Below are positions 15,428 through 22,635 of a stretch of DNA of 47,780 nt, one piece after another. The notes under the pieces are model-generated. The model saw only the letters and a list, made by a program, of their open reading frames with translations. It ran no database searches and was not told the DNA's origin. Made by a program: the position numbers and the translations under genes. The DNA lies in the IMG/VR virus record IMGVR_UViG_3300037313_000674, positions 1 to 47,780 of that record; one strand, given 5' to 3'. The stretch's first letter is position 1; every line of letters starts with the position of its first letter. This DNA is from a virus.

Positions 15428-15669
15428 GAAACAATTTCGGCGGCACCTGCTACCGATGTCAAAAGTGGGTTGAGCCCGGCGACGGCCATTTCGAACGTTT
15501 CCGTGGCGGATGGCGCGTTCAGCATGCGATCTGCGCAATCGAATGCCGCGGCACGCCCGATCCGGAGCGAGAAGCCGACACACTGGCCCGGCGGCAGCGT
15601 CTGTCCAAAGGGACCGGCAGGACTGCGCAGCGCGCCCGCAAGCGCCTTCGTGACGAGGGCCTGCTATGA
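15424..15669 (+). CDS. Small Cys/His-containing basic protein (81 aa)
   Basis: The sequence contains CYRCQKW...HAICAIEC. The ORF is coupled to both neighbours. Confidence 0.55.
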   Translation: MRNNFGGTCYRCQKWVEPGDGHFERFRGGWRVQHAICAIECRGTPDPEREADTLARRQRLSKGTGRTAQRARKRLRDEGLL

Positions 15670-17879
15670 AGCTCCACCGCGACTACGAAACCCGCTCGAC
15701 CGTCGACCTGAAGAAGACCGGCAGCCACGTCTACATGCGCCATCCGACAACGGATATCTGGTGCTGCAGTTACACCGTCGACGACGGGCCAGTGAAGATA
15801 CGGCTGCCGGGAATGCCTGTGCCGGCGGAATTCCTCGAAGCGGCCGAAGACCCGGAAGCCGAATGTTGGGCGCACAATTGCGCGTTCGAGCAGGATGTCG
15901 AGCGGCATATCGCCGGCCCAAGATACGGCTTCCCGGTGTTCGAGATCGAGAAGCAGCGCTGCACGATGGTGACGGGCTATGCGCTGTCGCTGCCGGGCTC
16001 GCTGGAGATGGCCGCGCCGGCTGTTGGCATGAAGGAAGGCAAGGACACGATCGGTGGCCGCCTGATGTTGCAATTGGCGAAGCCGCGGAAGGTCGAGCTT
16101 GCGCCAGGCTTCGACGCCATCCCCTTCACGGCCATCCGCGTCCAGGAAATGGATGCTGACGGCTGGGAGGTTTACGAAGTGGACGGTCGCCAATGCGCTC
16201 GCGTGCGCTGGTGGAACGACCCCGAGAAGCTGCAGCGGCTCTACGACTATTGCGGCCAGGATACCGTCGTCGAGCGCGAATACGAAAAGCGTTTAAGGAA
16301 GCTGAAGCAGTCCGAGTTGGAGCTATGGCATCTCGATCAGCGCATCAACCAGCGCGGCGTCTATATCGACCAGAAGCTCGCCGAAGCCGCCAAGCAGATC
16401 GTCGAAGCGGCGGAAGACGACCTCGATTCGCGCATGAAGGCACTGACCAAGGGTGAAGTGACCGGCTGCTCGAACCGCAACCAGATGCTGGCCTTCGTCC
16501 GTGCGCGGGGGCTCGATATCGACAGCCTGAACAAGGCCACGCTCGAAGAAGTCTATGACGACGGGGTTCTCGCCAGGATAAAGGAATTCGAAGAGCGGGC
16601 GGCCGAGAGTGACGACCCTCAACTGCTTGAATGGCTATGGACGCTGACAGGCTCGACGGAAGCACGAGCCGAGATCGTCGAGAAGGCCCTGGACCTATGG
16701 CGCATGGCGGCGCGCGCCAGCGTAGCCAAAATCGAGACGCTGTTGCGGGGCGCGGATCCGGACGATTTGCGTGTGCGCGGGCTGCTGCAGTTCAATGCTG
16801 CTTCGACCGGCCGGTGGGGCGGGCGGCGCTTTCAGCCGCAAAACCTCAAGCGGCCGGAAGAGAGCGATATCGACACGCTGATCGAAATCATCGCTGCCGG
16901 CGACTATGCGACTTTGGCCATGCTATACGACGACCCGCTCTCGGCGGTGTCGGACATCCTTCGCGGGCTGATCTGCGCCGAGCCGGGCAAGAAGATCGTG
17001 GCGGCCGACTATTCCAACATTGAAGGCCGCGTGCTCGCGTGGCTGGCCGGCGAAACATGGAAGCTGCAGGCGTTTCGCGACTTCGATAACGGCATCGGCC
17101 ACGATCTATACAAGATCACGGCCGGCGGCATCCTGCGCAAACGTCCGGAGGACGTGACCAAGTCCGAGCGTCAGAGCCACGGAAAGGTTCCCGAATTGGC
17201 CCTTGGCTACCAGGGCGGCGTCGGTGCGTTCAAGCAGATGGCGGCCGGCTATGGCGTCGACCTGCCGGACGAAGAGATAATCGAAATCAGGGATGGCTGG
17301 CGGGCCAAGCATCCGGCCATCAAGCAGTTTTGGTATGACATGGAAGAAGCGGCTATGGCCGCGGTCGCCAAAGGTGGAACCCATGTCGTCGCCAACGGCA
17401 AGATCGTCTTCAAAAAGGCGGGTAGTTTCCTGTTCATGCGGCTGCCGAGCGGCCGACTGCTGAGCTATCCCTATCCCAAGATCGAGTGGGTAAAGACGAA
17501 ATGGGAAGATGAAGATGGCAAGCCGATCTTCAAGCAGGCGCTGACCTACTTTTCGACGATCGACCCGTCGAAGAAGGCCAAGATCGTCTCGGACCCTGGC
17601 AACACGTCGACATGGGCGCGCATTTCGACATATGGCGGCATGCTGGCCGAGAACGCGACGCAGGCCGCGTCTCGGGACATCCTGGCCGACGCGATGCCGC
17701 GCCTCGAAGCTGCCGGCTATCCCTGCATTTTGACCGTTCATGACGAAATAGTAAGTGAGCCTTACGAAAATTTCGGATCGGTTGAAGAGTTCGAAAAGAT
17801 CATGACGACGCTGCCAAAATGGGCTGCCGGTCTACCGGTGGCGGCAGAAGGTTTTCAGGGAAACAGATATCGAAAGTGA
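15666..17879 (+). CDS. Family A DNA polymerase with an N-terminal 3'-5' exonuclease-like domain
   Basis: Motifs seen are DYETRS (exo I-like), ADYSNIEGRVLAW (motif A), KVPELALGYQGG (motif B) and LTVHDEIV (motif C). Confidence 0.92.
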   Translation: MKLHRDYETRSTVDLKKTGSHVYMRHPTTDIWCCSYTVDDGPVKIRLPGMPVPAEFLEAAEDPEAECWAHNCAFEQDVERHIAGPRYGFPVFEIEKQRCTMVTGYALSLPGSLEMAAPAVGMKEGKDTIGGRLMLQLAKPRKVELAPGFDAIPFTAIRVQEMDADGWEVYEVDGRQCARVRWWNDPEKLQRLYDYCGQDTVVEREYEKRLRKLKQSELELWHLDQRINQRGVYIDQKLAEAAKQIVEAAEDDLDSRMKALTKGEVTGCSNRNQMLAFVRARGLDIDSLNKATLEEVYDDGVLARIKEFEERAAESDDPQLLEWLWTLTGSTEARAEIVEKALDLWRMAARASVAKIETLLRGADPDDLRVRGLLQFNAASTGRWGGRRFQPQNLKRPEESDIDTLIEIIAAGDYATLAMLYDDPLSAVSDILRGLICAEPGKKIVAADYSNIEGRVLAWLAGETWKLQAFRDFDNGIGHDLYKITAGGILRKRPEDVTKSERQSHGKVPELALGYQGGVGAFKQMAAGYGVDLPDEEIIEIRDGWRAKHPAIKQFWYDMEEAAMAAVAKGGTHVVANGKIVFKKAGSFLFMRLPSGRLLSYPYPKIEWVKTKWEDEDGKPIFKQALTYFSTIDPSKKAKIVSDPGNTSTWARISTYGGMLAENATQAASRDILADAMPRLEAAGYPCILTVHDEIVSEPYENFGSVEEFEKIMTTLPKWAAGLPVAAEGFQGNRYRK

Positions 17880-17933
17880 GGTGATGCAATTGCCGAATAC
17901 CGGAGATCCGGTCCACAGACCACCGTTGTAGCT

Positions 17934-17953
17934 GGGCCGCTTTTGAGCGGCCC
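17934..17953. terminator. Hairpin between convergent PolA and recombinase genes
   Basis: The hairpin is GGGCCGC-ttttga-GCGGCCC. The flanking T-run is weak on either strand. Confidence 0.45.
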
Positions 17954-18946
17954 TTAATCGTCCAGCCGCTCGGCCAAACATGCCGCTGAGTGATGGCCGT
18001 ACACGCGCTCGACAGTCTGTATCGTGTCGCCGAGCAGTTTCGCCACATCGAACACTGATTTTCCCTCTTGGAGTAGGTGGGAAGCCCTGGTGTGCCGCAT
18101 GCAATGCGGATTGGCGCGATCAGCCATCCCAAGCCCTTCAAGAAGCTCACGATATGGGGCATAGAAATCGGCCCGCTGAAACAGCCGTTCGTTCGGGCTC
18201 GACAGCCACAGCGCATGCAATGGCGCTTCCATCTTCTTCAGGATAGGCACGATCGGCTGCCGCTTCTTGGTCGTGATCTTGCCGGGCAGTTGCAGGGTGA
18301 TTCGGCGCGTCTCCCAATTGACCTGCGACCGGCGCAGGTTCTCGATTGATGCGCGGCGCGCGCCCGTGTAATAGAGCAGCTTCACGAAATGCTCCAGTTC
18401 CCCGCCGCCCTGCGACGCCGCCCAAAAGATCCTGGCAAGCTCTTCCCGGCTGTAATAGGACGCTTCGTCGTCATAGCCGATCAGCTTCTCGTGCGGGTAT
18501 TCGATCGATGGCATGGCCAGAATGCGCTTCCAGCGCAGCGCATGCTTCGCTGCCGCGTGCAGCACGGCCAGTTCCCGTTTGATCGTGGCATCGCTGCCGG
18601 TCTTGTCTTTGCGCTTCGCGCCGCCACCGATCTTCCCGGAGCGTCGAACTTCTGCGTATTCTCTTGAATGAACTATATCGATATCTTCAACAGCGCGGCT
18701 GCCGAAAAACGCCTTCAGGTGCTTGACGATATTGTCCCTGCGCTCGGGGTCGGCAACGCGATGCTCAAGACAATACTGGTCGAGCATGTCGCTCACAGCA
18801 AGTCTTCGAGGCCCTTTTCGTCGATCGACGGTCGGCTCAAAAGTCGTGCTCGAAGGGACCGGGCGGCTTCGAGTCTTGCCGCTATCGTCTTTCCAGTAGA
18901 GCCGGAACGTGCCTTCTTCGGTTTGGCGGATTTCCTGGCCACGCAT
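17954..18946 (-). CDS. Second tyrosine recombinase (phage integrase family)
   Basis: The sequence contains LLYYTGARRASI, HCMRHTRASHLLQEG and LGDTIQTVERVYGHH. It lies immediately downstream of the XRE gene. Confidence 0.88.
   Translation of the reverse strand: MRGQEIRQTEEGTFRLYWKDDSGKTRSRPVPSSTTFEPTVDRRKGPRRLAVSDMLDQYCLEHRVADPERRDNIVKHLKAFFGSRAVEDIDIVHSREYAEVRRSGKIGGGAKRKDKTGSDATIKRELAVLHAAAKHALRWKRILAMPSIEYPHEKLIGYDDEASYYSREELARIFWAASQGGGELEHFVKLLYYTGARRASIENLRRSQVNWETRRITLQLPGKITTKKRQPIVPILKKMEAPLHALWLSSPNERLFQRADFYAPYRELLEGLGMADRANPHCMRHTRASHLLQEGKSVFDVAKLLGDTIQTVERVYGHHSAACLAERLDD
18662..18692. promoter_or_regulatory. Intragenic element copy (13/14) inside recombinase 2
   Basis: The sequence is TCTTGAA-tgaactatatcgatatc-TTCAACA. 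It sits in an AT-rich island within otherwise GC-rich coding sequence. Confidence 0.4.
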
Positions 18947-18949
18947 GGT

Positions 18950-19408
18950 TTAGCTCGCTTCTCCGGTAGGGATTGGTGCACTTTTCGCGCCTTTCAGCAG
19001 TTTCATGACTTCGATCGCCACCCCCCACGGCACACGTTGATTGACGCGCAAGAAAGCTTCGTCGTTCCCCGCATCCTGCACGTCGAGCGGCGGGGCCTGC
19101 ATCATCACCGATGATGGCGCGGCTTGCGGCGGCAGCAGGTCGGTGGTCTTGACGCCGAGCACATGCGCCAGCGCTTCGAGCACCGCGGCGCGTGGTATGA
19201 CCTTCCCGTTGATATAAATGGAGATCGAATCCCGGCTGATCTTGCTGTCTTTTCCCAAGTGCTGCTGCACTCGGCGGGCCAATTCCGCCTGGTTCCACCC
19301 CTTGGCGGCCATGGCATTATATAGATTTCTGGAAAATTCCAGACGAGCACGCTCTTTCGGGAGCAAAGCGACTTCCGATGTCGTTTGATTATGGAAATGA
19401 CGTGGCAT
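18950..19408 (-). CDS. XRE/Cro-CI family HTH repressor-like protein (152 aa, no S24 peptidase domain)
   Basis: NLYNAMAAKGWNQAELARRVQQHLG...SRDSISIYINGKVIPRAAVLEALAHVLGV is an HTH_3 segment. The ATG at 19408 has GAGGA 6 nt upstream. Confidence 0.85.
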   Translation of the reverse strand: MPRHFHNQTTSEVALLPKERARLEFSRNLYNAMAAKGWNQAELARRVQQHLGKDSKISRDSISIYINGKVIPRAAVLEALAHVLGVKTTDLLPPQAAPSSVMMQAPPLDVQDAGNDEAFLRVNQRVPWGVAIEVMKLLKGAKSAPIPTGEAS

Positions 19409-19415
19409 AAATATC

Positions 19416-19442
19416 CTCAACAAAAATCAACAATGTCCAACA
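19416..19442 (-). promoter_or_regulatory. Three direct TGTTG(G/A)N half-sites phased at exactly 10 bp, between promoter and RBS of the XRE gene
   Basis: The minus strand reads TGTTGGAcatTGTTGATtttTGTTGAGGATATTTATG. Plus-strand copies start at 19416, 19426 and 19436. Confidence 0.5.
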
Positions 19443-19469
19443 TCTAGTGGACAAAAGCTAATTTTGCAA
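19441..19469 (-). promoter_or_regulatory. Sigma-70-type promoter candidate for the XRE/recombinase operon
   Basis: On the minus strand the sequence is TTGCAA-N17-TAGATG. The -10 overlaps the first TGTTGGA half-site. Confidence 0.35.
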
Positions 19470-19500
19470 GAGGCTATTTTTCAGAACGACACCGTACAAT

Positions 19501-19776
19501 TTACGGTAAACGCATGCTTCCAGACAACAAAAACGCGACAAATCCGGAGCCGATACCGCCAACAATGAGCCACATGATCCTGGAGAGGATGCTCTTGATG
19601 CCCTGCAAATCAAGCTCAATTTGCTGAAATTTCACATCCTGGCGGGCGTTGAAAATATCGGCCTGACGCTGCCACGCTTCTACGACAAGCAATCGCTGCT
19701 CCTTTGCTGTTGAAGCGTGTTCCAGCGCCGCGACGCGGCCACGGAGGTCTTGATTTTCCATCGCCGTATCCGTCAC
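19501..19776 (-). CDS. Coiled-coil protein with a C-terminal TM helix (91 aa); last gene of the late operon
   Basis: The sequence contains ...RVAALEHASTAKEQRLLVVEAWQ...IMWLIVGGIGSGFVAFLLSG. The function (lysis or fibre-associated) is not resolved. Confidence 0.6.
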   Translation of the reverse strand: MTDTAMENQDLRGRVAALEHASTAKEQRLLVVEAWQRQADIFNARQDVKFQQIELDLQGIKSILSRIMWLIVGGIGSGFVAFLLSGSMRLP

Positions 19777-20192
19777 GCGACCCCCGAAACGTTGACCTGA
19801 GTGGCTCCCTGGTTGCCGAACCGGATCCAGAGCGATGCCGCCGTCGCCACGAATGTGACGGTGTTGGTGCCGAGCGCCAATACCGCGTAGTTTATAATGC
19901 TGCCGTCGCCTTGCGACGTGCCGACCGCCAGCGCGCCGAAAGCGTAGCCGCTCGCCGTATAGCTGAATGCATATTTCCGGCCGATCTCCAGCCCTGTCAC
20001 CTGCTGGTCGGCGAAAGCGGAATTGGTGCCGTCGCCGGTCAGATTGAGCGTGCCGGTCGGGCTGTTGGTGTGCACGGTCGTGCCTTCCGCTGGAAAGGCC
20101 GACATCGACCAGCCGGAGGGCGACAGCGGCAGCCGGCCGATCGCGCTCGTGGTCAGGTTGAGCGCCTTCTTGCGCCTGGTGAGCTGCGGCAT
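19773..20192 (-). CDS. Tail-fibre distal or receptor-binding-like protein (139 aa)
   Basis: The ATG at 20192 lies directly after the stop of the fibre gene. The sequence is beta-rich and G/T/S/N-rich. Confidence 0.55.
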   Translation of the reverse strand: MPQLTRRKKALNLTTSAIGRLPLSPSGWSMSAFPAEGTTVHTNSPTGTLNLTGDGTNSAFADQQVTGLEIGRKYAFSYTASGYAFGALAVGTSQGDGSIINYAVLALGTNTVTFVATAASLWIRFGNQGATQVNVSGVA

Positions 20193-20193
20193 G

Positions 20194-21408
20194 TCAGACC
20201 GCCTGCGCGTGGACGGTGAGCTTGTAGACTTCGCTGTTGGCGGCGGGCGTGAACGCGCCAACCGTCACTAGGTACGCAAACAGCCCTGTGCCAGAGAGTT
20301 TCAGTTGCTTGTTGATGTTGTTGACCTCGACGTAGAGCGTCGATCCAATATCGACCAGGGACGGAATGTCGATCTTGCCGAGCAGCGACGCGCGGTCGCC
20401 GGACGCAATGTCGAACGCGCCGTTGTCGGCGATGGCGGACGGCGGCGTGACGTTGTAGAGCCAAAGCTGCCAGGTCGTCTGCCCCGACGGGATGGCTGCG
20501 ATGTCGCCTTCGAGCTGCAGGCCGGTGATCATGATCGCGCCTGCGCTTGGACCGATGGAGGCGATCGATAGCGCGCCGCCCATCACGTCGTTTGCCGTGT
20601 ACGCCGTCGTGTTTGCTGGCCGCGTGATCGTCACGGCGACATCGTAGGCCGCCGTGACCTGGTTGACGTTCAGTGTCGACTGGTCGCTCGGCAGCACGAC
20701 TTTGAGAGACTGCGACATAGTGCCTTGGCCGAGCGCGGTCGGCAGAAGCGCGATCAACGAAGTCAACCGTTGGGCGATGCGCTGCAGGCGCCCGTTCAAA
20801 CCGCTGGAGGCGGTATCGCTTGCCGGCGCTGTTTCGGTCAGGGCGCCGATATTGGCGTCATCGGTGGCGATATTGACCGCGGGACTCTGCGCCACGGTGC
20901 GGGCGCCGAGCTGCGCCACCGCCCGGCTGGAGATGGTAGTGAGGTTCTGAGCAATGCGTTGTAGACGACCATTTAAACCGCTGCTGGCGGTATCGCTTGC
21001 CGGCGCAGTTTCTGTCAGCGCGCCAAGCTTGCCCTGCAGGTCGTCGTCGCTCGCGACTGTGACGGCCAATGACGCTGACTTGGTAGTCTGACCGAGTGCG
21101 GTGGGGAGAAGGGCGATCAACGAAGTCAATCGCTGGGCGATGCGCTGAAGCCGTCCATTCAAGCCACTGGAAGCCGTATCGGTCGCAGGCGCTGTTTCCG
21201 TGACGATGCCGAGTTTTGCTTGAATGTCGTCGTCGGATGCGAGCGTGACGGGCAGCGACGCAGTCTTGACACCCTGGCCGAAAGCCAGATCGGCCGCCGC
21301 GCCGTCGGCGCCGATGCCGACCTTGACGCGCTGATACATGACCCCGCCGACATCGTCGGCTGCGATTGTCGTGCCGGAGCCTGCGGTTATTGCAACGTTG
21401 TCGACCAT
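20194..21408 (-). CDS. Tail fibre protein with three internal repeats
   Basis: The motif TETAPA(T/S)DTASSGLNGRLQRIAQ(R/N)LT occurs three times. The gene sits at the distal end of the structural operon. Confidence 0.75.
   Translation of the reverse strand: MVDNVAITAGSGTTIAADDVGGVMYQRVKVGIGADGAAADLAFGQGVKTASLPVTLASDDDIQAKLGIVTETAPATDTASSGLNGRLQRIAQRLTSLIALLPTALGQTTKSASLAVTVASDDDLQGKLGALTETAPASDTASSGLNGRLQRIAQNLTTISSRAVAQLGARTVAQSPAVNIATDDANIGALTETAPASDTASSGLNGRLQRIAQRLTSLIALLPTALGQGTMSQSLKVVLPSDQSTLNVNQVTAAYDVAVTITRPANTTAYTANDVMGGALSIASIGPSAGAIMITGLQLEGDIAAIPSGQTTWQLWLYNVTPPSAIADNGAFDIASGDRASLLGKIDIPSLVDIGSTLYVEVNNINKQLKLSGTGLFAYLVTVGAFTPAANSEVYKLTVHAQAV
20725..21201 (-). repeat. Intragenic triplicated repeat in the fibre gene (units start at aa 70, 132 and 191)
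   Basis: Repeats 1 and 3 share 37 of 38 aa. Their DNA differs at many synonymous positions. Confidence 0.8.
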
Positions 21409-21552
21409 GTCATGACGCCTTTGTTAGAACCAGAAGAAGACCAGTGGGTTGGCCGGCCGTAGAAGGTACGGGAGGCGTGCCGCCTCCTTTGGCGGGAGAG
21501 CCTTTCGCGGGCGACAGCCCCAATCGCATTTGAAAAGCCATCGCCCAACCCC

Positions 21553-21861
21553 TTACGCGTCGAGGATGAGCGAAAGCGTCTTGCCGTTGGTCGCTTTGGC
21601 TTCCCAACGGGTTCCCGACTTCACCAGCCAGCCCGTCGACGTGGTGATCGCCGTTCCGCCGGAAGTGACTTCGAGCACGCGAATGTCGGCGTCGACCGGA
21701 AGGACGAACCAGAACTGGTCGTCTGCGTCAGCCGTAAGCCCGCTTTCGCTGGCAGTGCTGACGCTCTTCTTTTCCATATGGTCGTAGCCGGCATTCGGCA
21801 CAGGCATATCGGACGGGCCGGCCGCGCGCTTGGCGAGAATGATCGTCGTGTTGGTGGCCAT
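21553..21861 (-). CDS. Hypothetical virion-associated protein (102 aa)
   Basis: The ORF lies within the late operon. No motif was recognised. Confidence 0.55.
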   Translation of the reverse strand: MATNTTIILAKRAAGPSDMPVPNAGYDHMEKKSVSTASESGLTADADDQFWFVLPVDADIRVLEVTSGGTAITTSTGWLVKSGTRWEAKATNGKTLSLILDA

Positions 21862-21868
21862 CGCAGCC

Positions 21869-22087
21869 TCACTTCTGGACGGGCGGCTGCGGCGCCACCA
21901 GGCCGGTCAATCCGTCGCGGCTGATGTTGACGCCGAGTTTGATGACGCTGTTGGCTGCAAGCACGCCGCCTGCGATCTGCGCCGCGGTCGCCGGATTCAC
22001 GCCGAGCGTGGTCCAATCGTAGGTCACGAGCGAGCCGATGATCAGCGATGCGAAGTTCAGCAGATTGTGGAAGAGATTGGCGTTCAT
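21869..22087 (-). CDS. Holin-like small membrane protein (72 aa, two hydrophobic helices)
   Basis: The product is MNANLFHNLLNFASLIIGSLVTY...AAQIAGGVLAANSVIKLGV. There is an ATGA overlap with the GH19 gene. Confidence 0.55.
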   Translation of the reverse strand: MNANLFHNLLNFASLIIGSLVTYDWTTLGVNPATAAQIAGGVLAANSVIKLGVNISRDGLTGLVAPQPPVQK

Positions 22088-22635
22088 GCGCTTGCTCCTG
22101 TCAGGGCGGTGTTGAAATGGCTGGCGTAGCCGGCGATTTTGCCGGCGCAGTCGAGCCCGTTGATGATCTTGCGGGCATTGGTGAAATCGGTTTTCTTGCC
22201 GAGAAAGTCGGCGAGCCTCTTGCCGGTAAACCAGCCTTCCGTCATGCCCCGGATCATTATCTTGGCGGCGTTGCTGGGCTCCAGCACCTGTTCGGGGAAC
22301 CGGACGAAAGGCGCGCCAAGCTCGCGCTGCGCACGCTCGTAATTGTGAAGCCACGTCAGTTGCACGTAACCGCGGCCGTAATAGACCTTGTTGAACGGCC
22401 CCGACGGTATGCCGTACTTCCGGCCGCGGCCTTTGCCGAACTCCTCGATCGGCTGCATCGTGTGCGCCGTCTCGTGGAAAGCCGTGGCGAGCATGTATGC
22501 CAGCCAGCGCAGATCGGTCAGCCCGGCGGCCTGAAAAGCATCCATGATCGCTTCGCAGCCGCTGACCTGGTCGGGCAACAGGCGGCCACCGAAGATGCTT
22601 TCCCGGACTGCATTGAAAAAGACCGCTCTGTTCAT
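22084..22635 (-). CDS. Glycoside hydrolase family 19 (chitinase-like) peptidoglycan hydrolase
   Basis: The sequence contains LAYMLATAFHETAHTMQPIEEFGKG...YYGRGYVQLTWLHNYERA. Confidence 0.82.
   Translation of the reverse strand: MNRAVFFNAVRESIFGGRLLPDQVSGCEAIMDAFQAAGLTDLRWLAYMLATAFHETAHTMQPIEEFGKGRGRKYGIPSGPFNKVYYGRGYVQLTWLHNYERAQRELGAPFVRFPEQVLEPSNAAKIMIRGMTEGWFTGKRLADFLGKKTDFTNARKIINGLDCAGKIAGYASHFNTALTGASA

Noticed and set aside
20194-21408. The internal repeats in the fibre gene were considered as the variable and template repeats of a diversity-generating retroelement.
   Set aside because: There is no reverse transcriptase gene anywhere in the genome. The differences between repeats are mainly synonymous rather than adenine-specific.
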